From: Desulfovibrio sp.
GTDB taxonomy: Bacteria; Desulfobacterota; Desulfovibrionia; Desulfovibrionales; Desulfovibrionaceae
DNA: 64,000 nt
NCBI GenBank assembly: GCA_017415765.1
Contig: JAFQED010000032.1
Location: forward strand, 4,709 to 68,708
Direction of reading: 5' to 3'
Part shown: in pieces, positions 44,690 to 54,560 of the stretch
Layout: the number at the start of each line of letters is the position of its first letter
How positions within the stretch are numbered: the first letter of the stretch is position 1
Notes under the pieces: generated by a model
The model's database searches: none
Seen by the model: only the letters and a program-made list of their open reading frames with translations
What the model was told of the DNA's origin: nothing
Position numbers and translations under genes: made by a program

Positions 44690-47332
44690 TCATTGGAGTG
44701 TCTGCCCTGCCTTTGGCGGGGCAAAGTATTGTGCGGTCTTGAGCAGACGCAAATGTGTCTGCAGCTCTCGTTGCCCCAGCGGAGCCAGTATCGCCAAGCA
44801 TAAGGTGATTGGCGATATGTACAATGTACGCCAGTCTGTTATAAATGTCACTGCGCTGTCGGTATTTTTTTCCGTTGCCTGCCAGGAATACAGCAAGGGA
44901 CGAATATCCGCGCTACGCGGGCCTTTCTTGGTGTCACGAGTATGGATGTGACTGCCCTGGGTGCAAAAATCGGCAAAGCAGTCCTGCACGTCCCCGTGCG
45001 GGATATTGGGCAGACGCAGGGTAAAGGCTTCAAAGTCGGCCTGTTCGACCCGTTTGGCTGTACTCATGCTTTCCACATGCAGAACGCGCATCCCTGGGGG
45101 GAGCATGGGCGCAAGGGCCGTGCCCAATTGTGCCGGCGGCAGCATCTGGTGCAGGGTCAGTGCAAACCATTCTGCCTGGCTTTCCACCCCTACGGGCAAG
45201 GCCCGCCCAAAGGACAGCAGCGGCAGGGGATGGAATCCCTGCGAAAAGGCCAGGGGCAGGGCTGCCCGGCGCAAAGCCCGTTCAAGCACGGCTTGCAGTT
45301 CCAGTTGGCTCAGCCACGCGCTGCCATCACATTTGCTGTGCCAGATACGGTAACGCGCAGCCTTGTGGGTCAGTGCAGCGGCTATCTGTGGGGGGCGGTT
45401 GCCCTGTGTCTTGCAGATCAGGCGGCCATCGGCATCGCGTCTGGGCTCATGGGCTTTCTGGTCTCGCTGTTTGAAAATCAGGCGGTTGCAATGCACAGGG
45501 GTACGGCCATCAACTGGCGGACTTGCGTGTGGCAGTCGGGAAGGCCCGGCCGCAGTGTCGCAGACCCCACACTGCCGACAGGTACCATAGCGGCAATCTT
45601 CGGTAATTTTGCCTTCCATAGCCCGACGTCGTTCCCGCAATAAAAATTCTTCGGAAACGCCAGCTTCAAGATGGCTCCAGGGCAGGGGAGCACCCGGCTC
45701 ATAGCCGCTGATGGCTTCAGCAGTGGTCAGACCAGATTCCTCCAAAGCCTCCAGCCAGGGGGTGAGCTCAAAGCCTTCTATCCAACTGCTGAAAACAGCC
45801 CCTTTGCGGTAAGCGCGTTCAACCACATCGGCCATGCGCCTGTCCGCACGGGATAAAATGCCTTCCAGATGGCTCATGGCTGGTTCATGCCAGCGCATCT
45901 TGAGGCATTTTTGTCCCTTAAAAAATCCACGCACAAAACGTACACGCCGTTCTATTTCATCCAGATTTATCTGGGGTTCCCACTGGAAGGGCGTAAACGG
46001 CTTCGGCACAAAGGGGGAAAGGGCAGCAGTCACCTGCAAACGCGGCCCATCCGGCCCTGCGGCATCACGCACCTTGCGACACAGCCGGGCAATGGCTTCA
46101 AGGTCTTCGTCCTGTTCTGTGGGCAGACCAATCATGAAGTACAGTTTGACCTGTCGCCAGCCATGTTCAAGCAGCTTCTGGGCATGGAGGAGAAGGTCTT
46201 CCTCACTGACGCCCTTGTTGATGACATCACGCAAACGCTGGCTGCCAGCCTCAGGCGCAAGCGTACAGCCTGTGCGCCGCAGTTCGGACATACGTTCGAT
46301 GATTTCATCATCAATGGAGCCGACCCGCAGCGAGGGGAGCGAGAGACTTATCTGCTCACTGGCGCAGCGGTCGAGGGCTGTAGTACACAGGGTCTTGAGG
46401 GCAGAAAAGTCGCCGGTACTCAGGGACAGGAAGGAAATTTCGTCAAAACCCGTTTCCCGCAGACATTGGCCCATCAGGGCATTGATGCCGTCAAGAGAAC
46501 GCTCCCGCACCGGTCGATATACCATGCCGGCATGGCAAAAACGGCAGCCCCGTGTGCAGCCACGGGCTATTTCCAGTGAGAGGCGGTTGTGGACTGCGCC
46601 AATGGGTACCACCTGACGGGTAGGATAGGCAGCCTTGTCAAGGTCTGCCACGATACGGCGTGCCGGCCGGGGGGTATCGGGCAGGATGGCGTGCAGTTCT
46701 TCTCCGGGGTTACCGTCAAAAAGCGAAGGGACATAGACGCCGTGAATAAAGCGGGCTTTTTCCAGCAGTTGGCTGCGTGTCCAGCCCTGTGCCAGAGCAT
46801 ATTCCAGCAGTTCCAGTACTTCGGGCAGGCTTTCTTCGCCATCGCCCAGTACCATCAAGTCAATGAAGGGGGCAAGCGGTTCGGCACTGAGCAAAGCCCC
46901 ACCCCCGGAAATGACCAGAGGACAGGCCCGCAGGTCGGGATCCCGCTGGGTTGTACGCAGGGGGATATGGGCCAAATCCAACACATAGAGGACATTGGTG
47001 TAGCACAATTCGTGCGTGATGGAAAAGGCCAGGCAGTGCAGCTGTGCAAGGGGGGTGTCCGATTCCAGCGTACACAGGGGGCTGGCATGGGCACGCAGGA
47101 TCGCGCCAGCCTCCCTGTCCGGGGCCATGACACGTTCTGCCCACCAGCTTTCGCGGGCGTTGACGATGCCATAGAGGATCTTTTGCCCAAGATAGGACAT
47201 GCCTACTTCGTAGGTATCGGGAAAAACCAGACCAATCCGCAGACTGCATTGGCTGGCGTCCTTGTGACAGGCCCCGTCCTCAATGCCGGCAAAGCGGCTG
47301 GGGCGGGGCAGACAGGGCAAAAGTTCTCGCAT
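44690..47332 (-). CDS. Fused B12-binding-domain radical SAM protein (TIGR03960-like) plus radical-SAM-associated DUF2344 domain (TIGR03936-like), function unknown
   Basis: N-terminus LLPCLPRPSRFAGIEDG. Radical SAM CxxxCxxC in IARGCTRGCRFCHAG. Long C-terminal extension (about 250 aa) collinear with the DUF2344 family. 880 aa. Confidence 0.85.
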   Translation of the reverse strand: MRELLPCLPRPSRFAGIEDGACHKDASQCSLRIGLVFPDTYEVGMSYLGQKILYGIVNARESWWAERVMAPDREAGAILRAHASPLCTLESDTPLAQLHCLAFSITHELCYTNVLYVLDLAHIPLRTTQRDPDLRACPLVISGGGALLSAEPLAPFIDLMVLGDGEESLPEVLELLEYALAQGWTRSQLLEKARFIHGVYVPSLFDGNPGEELHAILPDTPRPARRIVADLDKAAYPTRQVVPIGAVHNRLSLEIARGCTRGCRFCHAGMVYRPVRERSLDGINALMGQCLRETGFDEISFLSLSTGDFSALKTLCTTALDRCASEQISLSLPSLRVGSIDDEIIERMSELRRTGCTLAPEAGSQRLRDVINKGVSEEDLLLHAQKLLEHGWRQVKLYFMIGLPTEQDEDLEAIARLCRKVRDAAGPDGPRLQVTAALSPFVPKPFTPFQWEPQINLDEIERRVRFVRGFFKGQKCLKMRWHEPAMSHLEGILSRADRRMADVVERAYRKGAVFSSWIEGFELTPWLEALEESGLTTAEAISGYEPGAPLPWSHLEAGVSEEFLLRERRRAMEGKITEDCRYGTCRQCGVCDTAAGPSRLPHASPPVDGRTPVHCNRLIFKQRDQKAHEPRRDADGRLICKTQGNRPPQIAAALTHKAARYRIWHSKCDGSAWLSQLELQAVLERALRRAALPLAFSQGFHPLPLLSFGRALPVGVESQAEWFALTLHQMLPPAQLGTALAPMLPPGMRVLHVESMSTAKRVEQADFEAFTLRLPNIPHGDVQDCFADFCTQGSHIHTRDTKKGPRSADIRPLLYSWQATEKNTDSAVTFITDWRTLYISPITLCLAILAPLGQRELQTHLRLLKTAQYFAPPKAGQTLQ

Positions 47333-47338
47333 GGTACA

Positions 47339-47366
47339 TCAAAAAGGCGGCGAATGCGCCGCCTTT
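47339..47366 (-). terminator. GC-rich hairpin plus T5 immediately upstream of the radical-SAM start codon
   Basis: Minus strand AAAGGCGGCG-catt-CGCCGCCTTT then TTGATGTACC-ATG (47332). 10-bp stem. Confidence 0.6.
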
Positions 47367-47381
47367 GCAGACTGTTTGTTG

Positions 47382-47726
47382 TCAGGAAATAAGACCGCTG
47401 CCACCAGCCCCGGGTATGGGGCCGGAGCCGAATTGCAGTTTGCCAAGGCCACCAGCTACCGTAAGATTGGTGCAGGCTTCGATGTACTTATCCTGGATTT
47501 CCTTGGGAGTATCGGCATAGCGGTAGAGAAAATTCTTGCCTTCCAGAGAACCCTTGAAGTCCGGTTCAAAAGGGTAACCGTAAGGCAGCATGAGCATTTG
47601 TACGCCCTGCTGAGTGGGGATAGTCTGAATGGCGGCCACTTCGTTAAGGCAATCCTTCTCCTGGTCGTATTTGCCAATGACCAGTTCACCAGTGACCAGT
47701 TTCATCAAACGAATATCGTAAGCCAT
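47382..47726 (-). CDS. Hypothetical protein (114 aa) with a Gly-rich C-terminal tail
   Basis: GAGGAG SD before ATG 47726. MAYDIRLMKLVTGELVIGKYDQ...TVAGGLGKLQFGSGPIPGAGGSGLIS*. No family recognised. Confidence 0.6.
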   Translation of the reverse strand: MAYDIRLMKLVTGELVIGKYDQEKDCLNEVAAIQTIPTQQGVQMLMLPYGYPFEPDFKGSLEGKNFLYRYADTPKEIQDKYIEACTNLTVAGGLGKLQFGSGPIPGAGGSGLIS

Positions 47727-47835
47727 GCGTTGCTCCTCATAGATTATGGCCAATACGGCTGCCTTTAGGTAGGCACTCGGACGGCAGGTGTCAAGGTTTT
47801 TTCCATGGTTTGGCAGAGATGCCGACTGTTGCGGC

Positions 47836-48387
47836 TTACGCTTGAGGCCCAGAATCCTGTTTGCCCGCAGGGGAGGGAGCTTCCGGCCCCTGTTGCAGCC
47901 GTCGGGCAAGGTGCTTTGGGTAGGCTGAAAGCCTTTCACCCTGCAAATGCAGGTGCAAGGCTCGCATCAGGCCAGCCACATCATCAAAATGCTCTTCCTT
48001 TCCAAAACCCTGCAAAAGCCAGCGGCTTCTGCCTTGTACAGTCCTGTGGCTGCTGTGCAGGGTTGTCTGGCGCATGTTGGGTTCCATGTGCCAGCAGCCT
48101 TGCGGCGTGTGCAGGATCACCTGCCGGCCCTTGCGTTCCGGCAGGAGGCCTTCCGGGTTCCCGGCCAGATGGAGCAAGTCCGCCACAGCAGCCCACAAGA
48201 TATGCACATGCTCATCCAGCGGCATGTTTTTGCGGTCTTCCAGAAGCTGCCGTTCACCATCATGGATGCGCTCCAGATTTCTGGCGCGGGTTTCATCCAG
48301 TGTGGTGATGCCCTTTTTCATGACACGGGCCGAATAAACCAGTGCCGCTACCAGTAGTGCGCCTGCCACAGCCCAGGCCAGCATCAT
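47836..48387 (-). CDS. Hypothetical membrane-anchored protein (183 aa)
   Basis: Start at MMLAWAVAGALLVAALVY (single N-terminal TM) after AAGGAAGA. No family recognised. Confidence 0.5.
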   Translation of the reverse strand: MMLAWAVAGALLVAALVYSARVMKKGITTLDETRARNLERIHDGERQLLEDRKNMPLDEHVHILWAAVADLLHLAGNPEGLLPERKGRQVILHTPQGCWHMEPNMRQTTLHSSHRTVQGRSRWLLQGFGKEEHFDDVAGLMRALHLHLQGERLSAYPKHLARRLQQGPEAPSPAGKQDSGPQA

Positions 48388-48609
48388 GGGCGTATCTTCC
48401 TTGTCTGTTTCATACAGGGTAGAATGTTGCCATTGTACGGCGGCTGTCAAGCCGGGATAACAGTGCCTTCGGGGGCTGACAGAATTGCCGCGAGGCTTGC
48501 CCTTTCCATGTTTTTTTGCCAAGATAGAGTATTGTTTGACCAGATTCCTGTCTGTGACGAATTTTGGGCGCGGGCAGCCGTGCCATATCTTTACCCAAGG
48601 GAGTCAACC

Positions 48610-50673
48610 ATGCCAACCCCACTGGAAATGCAACGCACTTTTGCTCTTGCCGGCACTGGCGGCTGCGGCAAGACCTCGCTGGCCGAAATGCTGCTGTTCA
48701 ATGCTGGTGCCCTGACCCGCATGGGTGCCATTGAAGACGGCAGCACCTGCCTTGACTATGAGCCGGAAGAAGTGCGCCGCCGTGGTTCTGTGCAGCCCGC
48801 CTGCGCCACCTATACATGGAACAAGAACCGGCATTTCCTGCTGGACATCCCCGGCGATGGCAACTTTACGGGAGATATGGAATATCTGCTCAAGGGTGTG
48901 GACAGCGTTGTCTTTGTGCTGGACGCCGTGGACGGTGTGCGCCCTCTGACCAAGAAGTTCTGGGGCATGGTGCGTACCGCTGGGCTGCCCGCCATGATGG
49001 TTATCAATAAGCTGGATCGTGACCGGGCCGACTTCAATATGGCTTTTGACGGGCTGGCTTCCCTGGGCATCAAGCCTGTGGCATTGCAGTTGCCTGTCCG
49101 GCAGGGGGATGCCTTTGTGGGCGTGGCCGATGTGCTTTCCGGCAAGGGCTGGATGTTTGGCGACAATGGCGCGATGAGCGAAGGCGAGATCCCGGCCGAG
49201 CTGGCCGATGACATCAGTTTGCTGCGCGACATCACGGTGGAAAATATCGCCGAAAGCGATGAAGCCCTGATGGAAAAGTACCTTGAAGATGGCAGCCTTT
49301 CCCTGGAGGATTTGCAGGTTGGTCTGCGCAAGGGTGTGTTGTCGGGCGATCTTGTGCCTGTGCTGGTTTGTTCCGCCCTGGAAAATAAGGGCGGCAAGGC
49401 AGTGCTGGAAGCCATTGAAGCCCTGTTGCCCTCGCCGCTGGATCGTCCTGCCCTGACTGATGTCAATGGTGCGGAGCGCGCTGCTGACCCCGATGCGCCG
49501 GTGGTCTGCTTTGTGTTCAAGACGCTGGCAGACCCCTTTGCCGGGCAGCTTTCCATTTTACGTGTGCTTTCCGGTACCATCAGCGGGGATGTCGTGCTCA
49601 GGAATATGCGTTCGGAAGAAGGCGAACGCCTGGGCAGCCTTCTCTACCTCACCGGTAAAACGCAGACCCCCTGCAAGGAAGCCGTTGGCCCTGGGGCCAT
49701 CGTTGCTGTTGCCAAGCTCAAGAATACCCGCACCGGTGACAGCCTTTGCGATGAAAAGCAGCCCTTTGCCCTGGCTGCGCCGCAGTTGCCGCCGCAGCTC
49801 ATCACCTACGCCCTTGCTCCCAAGGAAAAGGGCGAGGAGGACAAGGTCTATGCCGCCATCCAGCGGCTGCTGGATGAAGACATAACCCTCAAACTGGGGC
49901 GTGACGAGGAAACAGGCGACATCCTGCTGTCGGGTATGGGGCAGCTGCATATCGAGCTGTCTGTAGAAAAGGCCAAGCGTCGCTTTAAGATTGACATCGT
50001 GCTCAAAACGCCCAAGGTTCCGTATCGTGAGACCGTGCGGGGCAAGTGTCAGGTGCAGGGCCGCCACAAAAAGCAGTCTGGAGGACGTGGTCAGTTTGGT
50101 GACTGCTGGATCGAAATGGAAGGTCTGCCGCGTGGGTCTGGCTACGTCTTTGAAGATGCCATCGTGGGCGGTGTCATCCCCCGCCAGTATATCCCGGCCA
50201 TCGACAAGGGCGTGCAGGAAGCTGCTGCCCGTGGGTTCCTGGCTGGCTGTCAGGTGGTGGACTTCCGGGTCAAGGTCTATGACGGCAGCTACCATACGGT
50301 GGACTCTTCCGAAATGGCCTTCAAGGTGGCAGGCTCTCTGGCGTTCAAGAAGGCCATGGAAAGCCTCAAACCTGTTCTGCTTGAACCCATCGTTCTTCTG
50401 ACCGTTTCCATCCCTGATGAAAGTATGGGAGATGTCATCGGAGACCTCTCCTCGCGTCGTGGCAAGGTGCTGGGTTCGGATTCTCAGGGGGGTATCACGG
50501 AAATCAAGGCCCACGTCCCCATGAGCGAGGTTTTGCGCTACGCGCCTGACCTGCGTTCCATGACGGGCGGGCAGGGCTTCTTTACCATGGAATTTGACCA
50601 CTACGAAGAAGCCCCCCAGCCAGTGGCCGACAAGGTCATTGCCGAGCATCAGGCCGCTCGCGCTGCTGAGTAA
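48610..50673 (+). CDS. EF-G family translational GTPase, divergent paralogue
   Basis: Five-domain EF-G architecture: P-loop GTGGCGKTS, DIPGDGNF (G3), INKLD (G4). Domain IV/V blocks YRETV, HKKQSGGRGQFG, VGGVIPRQYIPAIDKG, DGSYHTVDSSEMAFK. GGAG SD before ATG 48610. Confidence 0.9.
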   Translation: MPTPLEMQRTFALAGTGGCGKTSLAEMLLFNAGALTRMGAIEDGSTCLDYEPEEVRRRGSVQPACATYTWNKNRHFLLDIPGDGNFTGDMEYLLKGVDSVVFVLDAVDGVRPLTKKFWGMVRTAGLPAMMVINKLDRDRADFNMAFDGLASLGIKPVALQLPVRQGDAFVGVADVLSGKGWMFGDNGAMSEGEIPAELADDISLLRDITVENIAESDEALMEKYLEDGSLSLEDLQVGLRKGVLSGDLVPVLVCSALENKGGKAVLEAIEALLPSPLDRPALTDVNGAERAADPDAPVVCFVFKTLADPFAGQLSILRVLSGTISGDVVLRNMRSEEGERLGSLLYLTGKTQTPCKEAVGPGAIVAVAKLKNTRTGDSLCDEKQPFALAAPQLPPQLITYALAPKEKGEEDKVYAAIQRLLDEDITLKLGRDEETGDILLSGMGQLHIELSVEKAKRRFKIDIVLKTPKVPYRETVRGKCQVQGRHKKQSGGRGQFGDCWIEMEGLPRGSGYVFEDAIVGGVIPRQYIPAIDKGVQEAAARGFLAGCQVVDFRVKVYDGSYHTVDSSEMAFKVAGSLAFKKAMESLKPVLLEPIVLLTVSIPDESMGDVIGDLSSRRGKVLGSDSQGGITEIKAHVPMSEVLRYAPDLRSMTGGQGFFTMEFDHYEEAPQPVADKVIAEHQAARAAE

Positions 50674-50690
50674 CAGCATTACAGCCAAAA

Positions 50691-50730
50691 CGCAGAAAAG
50701 CCCCGGCAACGGGGCTTTTCTGCGTGCAGC
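50691..50730 (+). terminator. Intrinsic terminator after the EF-G paralogue
   Basis: CGCAGAAAAGCCCCG-gcaa-CGGGGCTTTTCTGCG. The GC core stem is followed by TTTTCTG. Confidence 0.75.
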
Positions 50731-50911
50731 AGGGCATCGGCCCAGAATCCTGTACAGGCATTGCCAAGAGCCGAATCGGCATTATATAAAAGCAATGCCA
50801 CTCGGTACGTCCGTAGATTTGACACTGCTTGCAGCTTGGCAGTAATCTTTCGCAACTCATTTCTGCTGTCATGCAGCCTGTCGGCGTATCGCAATCGCAA
50901 CGGAGGACACG

Positions 50912-52897
50912 TTGAACCAGATGAATCGCAACCTGCTGCTCTGGGGCGTCATTGTCCTGGCAATGGCCATGCTCTTCAATATGTTCCAGCAGCCCCAGAG
51001 CGGGGGGCAGCGCGTTCCCTATACGGATTTTCTGGCACAGGTGGAAAGCGGACAGATCCTTTCCGTGACCATGCAGGGCAATACCCTCATCGGCAAGACT
51101 TCTGACAATACCACTATCCAGACCTATGCCCCGCCGGATTCCGGCCTTGTGCAGCGTTTGCTGGAAAAAAAGGTGGTCATCAAGGCCGAACCGCCTGAAG
51201 GCCAGCCGTGGTACATGGCCCTGCTGGTTTCGTGGTTCCCCATGTTGCTCTTTATCGGGGTGTGGGTCTTTTTCATGCGCCAGATGCAGGGGGGCAGCGG
51301 CAAGGCCATGAGCTTTGGGCGTTCGCGTGCGCGACTGCTCAATCAGGATGGCGGTGCGCGTGTCACCTTTGCCGATGTGGCCGGGGTGGATGAAGCCAAG
51401 GAAGAGCTTTCAGAGGTGGTGGAATTTCTTTCCAACCCCAAAAAGTTCACCCGCCTTGGTGGGCGCATCCCCAAGGGGGTCTTGCTGGTAGGTCCTCCCG
51501 GCACGGGTAAGACCCTGCTGGCCCGCGCCGTGGCAGGAGAGGCAGGTGTCCCCTTCTTTTCCATTTCCGGTTCGGATTTTGTGGAAATGTTTGTGGGCGT
51601 TGGGGCCTCGCGTGTGCGTGACCTTTTTATCCAGGGCAAAAAAAATGCCCCTTGCCTCATCTTTATTGATGAAATTGACGCCGTGGGCCGCAAGCGTGGG
51701 GCCGGGCTGGGCGGCGGGCATGACGAGCGCGAACAGACCCTGAACCAGCTCCTTGTGGAAATGGACGGCTTTGAAAGCAATGAGGGGGTCATCCTCATTG
51801 CGGCCACCAACCGCCCGGACGTGCTTGACCCTGCCCTGTTGCGCCCCGGTCGTTTTGACAGGCAGGTGGTTGTGCCCACCCCTGACTTGCGCGGTCGACG
51901 CCGTATCCTTGAAGTCCACACCAAGCGTACCCCACTGGAAGCCGATGTGAATCTGGATGTCCTGGCCCGTGGTACGCCCGGCTTTTCCGGGGCTGATCTG
52001 GAAAATCTGGTCAATGAGGCCGCGCTCCAGGCTGCCAAGCAAAATCAGGAAAGCCTGGACATGAGCGATTTCGAGTTTGCCAAGGACAAGGTTCTCATGG
52101 GGCGTGAGCGGCGCAGTCTGATCCTTTCGGACGAGGAAAAACGCATCACGGCCTATCACGAGGCTGGCCATGCGCTGGCCGCACGTCTGCTGCCGGGTTC
52201 CGACCCTGTACACAAGGTCACCATCATCCCGCGTGGGCGTGCCCTGGGCGTGACCATGCAGCTGCCTGAAGAAGACCGCCACGGCTATTCCCGCAAGTAT
52301 CTCAGAAACAATCTGGTGGTGCTGCTGGGCGGGCGCGTGGCAGAAGAACTGATCTTTGACGACATCACCACCGGTGCGTCCAATGACATCGAGCGCGTTA
52401 CCCGCACGGCCCGCAAGATGGTCTGTGAGTGGGGCATGAGCGATGCCATAGGGACTCTGGCCATCGGTGAAACAGGCGAAGAGGTCTTTATCGGGCGGGA
52501 ATGGGTACAGAACAAAAATTACAGTGAAGATACGGCCCGCCTTGTGGATGCCGAGGTCAAGCGTATAGTGGAGGAGGCCCACAACCGTTGCCGCCAGTTG
52601 CTGCAGGAAAACAGCGACACCCTGCATCGCATTGCCGGGGCCTTGCTGGAACGTGAAACCATCAATGGTGATGAGCTGGATCTTCTGATGGAGAATAAAC
52701 CTCTGCCGCCCATTGACAGCAATTCCCAGAAGGCCAATGCTTCTCATAGCGGGGGCAGTGCCGCTCCTGCCGGAGATGATTTCACGTTGGAGCCGGAGGA
52801 AGACAGCGGGCCAGCCAGCCCGGCAGAAGCGCAGGGCGCGCAGGACACACAGACTGGCGATGGACAAAAACGTACTACCAGCCAGGGCGATGACTGA
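50912..52897 (+). CDS. ftsH: ATP-dependent zinc metalloprotease FtsH
   Basis: [37 protein letters not shown] zinc motif. TTG 50912 (4 nt after GGAGGA) or ATG 50921 as start. Confidence 0.95.
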   Translation: MNQMNRNLLLWGVIVLAMAMLFNMFQQPQSGGQRVPYTDFLAQVESGQILSVTMQGNTLIGKTSDNTTIQTYAPPDSGLVQRLLEKKVVIKAEPPEGQPWYMALLVSWFPMLLFIGVWVFFMRQMQGGSGKAMSFGRSRARLLNQDGGARVTFADVAGVDEAKEELSEVVEFLSNPKKFTRLGGRIPKGVLLVGPPGTGKTLLARAVAGEAGVPFFSISGSDFVEMFVGVGASRVRDLFIQGKKNAPCLIFIDEIDAVGRKRGAGLGGGHDEREQTLNQLLVEMDGFESNEGVILIAATNRPDVLDPALLRPGRFDRQVVVPTPDLRGRRRILEVHTKRTPLEADVNLDVLARGTPGFSGADLENLVNEAALQAAKQNQESLDMSDFEFAKDKVLMGRERRSLILSDEEKRITAYHEAGHALAARLLPGSDPVHKVTIIPRGRALGVTMQLPEEDRHGYSRKYLRNNLVVLLGGRVAEELIFDDITTGASNDIERVTRTARKMVCEWGMSDAIGTLAIGETGEEVFIGREWVQNKNYSEDTARLVDAEVKRIVEEAHNRCRQLLQENSDTLHRIAGALLERETINGDELDLLMENKPLPPIDSNSQKANASHSGGSAAPAGDDFTLEPEEDSGPASPAEAQGAQDTQTGDGQKRTTSQGDD

Positions 52898-53744
52898 GCC
52901 AGGCATCCCCTGGGGCATCCGTGGGGACAGGGCGCTGACTGTGTCGGCGCCCTTTGGCATCATGGGCATCGTCAATCTTACGCCAGATTCGTTTTATGAT
53001 GGCGGGCGTCATGGGGGGGCTGAAAGTTGCCTGGCTCATGCCCTGACCCTGCTGGGGGATGGAGCCGATGTGCTGGACTTGGGGGCAGAGTCCTCTAGGC
53101 CTGGGGCAGAGCCCATCAGTCCGCAGGAAGAACTGTCCCGACTTTTGCCCACCTTGACGGCCCTGCAACGCAAAGTCCCTGACGCAGTCATCTCGGTGGA
53201 TACGTGGCGGGCAGATACGGCTGCTGCCGCTTTGGAGGCAGGTGCGGCTATTATCAATGATATTTCTGGCTGCCGGGGAGACGCGGCCCTGCCTGACGTG
53301 CTGGCCCAGTACAAGCCGGGCTACGTCCTGATGCACGGGGCAGGGTTCCCCGCTGACAGGGAAGTGCCATCCTTTGCGGATATTTGCGGTGAGGTCATGC
53401 GTTTTTTTGAGCAGGGCCTTGCCCGGCTGACGGCTGCGGGCTTGCCGGAAAACCGTATCGTTCTCGACCCCGGTATCGGCTTTGGCAAAAGGCTGGAGCA
53501 CAACGTGCGCTTGCTGGCACGGGTGGAAGACTGGGCTTGTTTTGGGCGGCCCGTACTGCTGGGCCTGTCCATGAAGTCGCTGTTTGGCAAGCTTTTGGGG
53601 CTGCCCACGGCAGAAAGAGGCCCGGCAACACAGGTGGCCTCGGCTCTTCTGTGGGAGAGGGGTGTGTTCTGGCATCGCGTCCATGATGTACGGGGCGTCC
53701 GACAGGCCCTCGCGCTGGCGGCGGCCATGCGCCGCCAGGCATGA
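52890..53744 (+). CDS. folP: Dihydropteroate synthase
   Basis: [43 protein letters not shown] overlaps the ftsH stop. Confidence 0.9.
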   Translation: MTEPGIPWGIRGDRALTVSAPFGIMGIVNLTPDSFYDGGRHGGAESCLAHALTLLGDGADVLDLGAESSRPGAEPISPQEELSRLLPTLTALQRKVPDAVISVDTWRADTAAAALEAGAAIINDISGCRGDAALPDVLAQYKPGYVLMHGAGFPADREVPSFADICGEVMRFFEQGLARLTAAGLPENRIVLDPGIGFGKRLEHNVRLLARVEDWACFGRPVLLGLSMKSLFGKLLGLPTAERGPATQVASALLWERGVFWHRVHDVRGVRQALALAAAMRRQA

Positions 53745-53813
53745 TGCCGGGGGCAGATCCCGGGGGGCGGATATGCCGCATGTCCCCGCAGGGGGCGTAG
53801 CGGGCAGGAGCGT

Positions 53814-54560
53814 ATGATGCTGCTGGAAATATATGATTTCAACTGGCGCGATGCGCTGGATATTTCGCTTGTCACCCTGTTGCTGTATCAGGTGGTGCAG
53901 ATGCTGCGCGGCACGCGGGCACTGGCTGTCCTGTCGGGGCTGGGTGGCCTGGCTCTCTTGTATCTTCTTTCTCGCAATATGGGGCTGTACACCCTTTCGT
54001 GGTTGTTGCAGCACGTCTTTTCCTCTCTCTTTGTGCTCATTGTGGTGATTTTTCAGGCAGACATCCGTCAGGCTCTGGGGGAGCTGGGCGCACGTTATGC
54101 CCGCATGTTCAAGCGGCGCAACATCAGTGCCGACATGCTGGATGAACTGGCACAAGCCTGTGTGGACATGGCCCGTCTGCGGGTAGGTGCCCTTATCGTG
54201 CTGGAACGTGGTATCCTGCTGGGCGACATGATACGCAACGAGGGAGTGCGGCTGGATGCCCTGCCCAGTCGCCGTCTGCTTATGAACATCTTTTACCCCA
54301 AGGCTCCTCTGCACGATGGGGCGGTCATCATCAGCAAGGGACGCATCATGGCAGCGGCCTGCATTTTGCCGCTGGCCGTGACCATCGGGCAAAATTTTGG
54401 CACACGCCACCGTGCCGGGCTGGGCATCACCGAGGAGAGCGACGCCGTGGCCATTATTGTTTCGGAAGAGCGTGGCGAAATTTCTGTAGCCATCCAGGGT
54501 AAGCTTATCCGGGCGTTGGACGGCGGACGACTGAGGCAGGTACTCAATGAAAATCTTTGA
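53814..54560 (+). CDS. cdaA: Diadenylate cyclase CdaA (DisA_N domain, membrane-anchored)
   Basis: N-terminal TMs. GALIVLER, DGAVII and RHRAGLG catalytic motifs. Confidence 0.9.
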   Translation: MMLLEIYDFNWRDALDISLVTLLLYQVVQMLRGTRALAVLSGLGGLALLYLLSRNMGLYTLSWLLQHVFSSLFVLIVVIFQADIRQALGELGARYARMFKRRNISADMLDELAQACVDMARLRVGALIVLERGILLGDMIRNEGVRLDALPSRRLLMNIFYPKAPLHDGAVIISKGRIMAAACILPLAVTIGQNFGTRHRAGLGITEESDAVAIIVSEERGEISVAIQGKLIRALDGGRLRQVLNENL

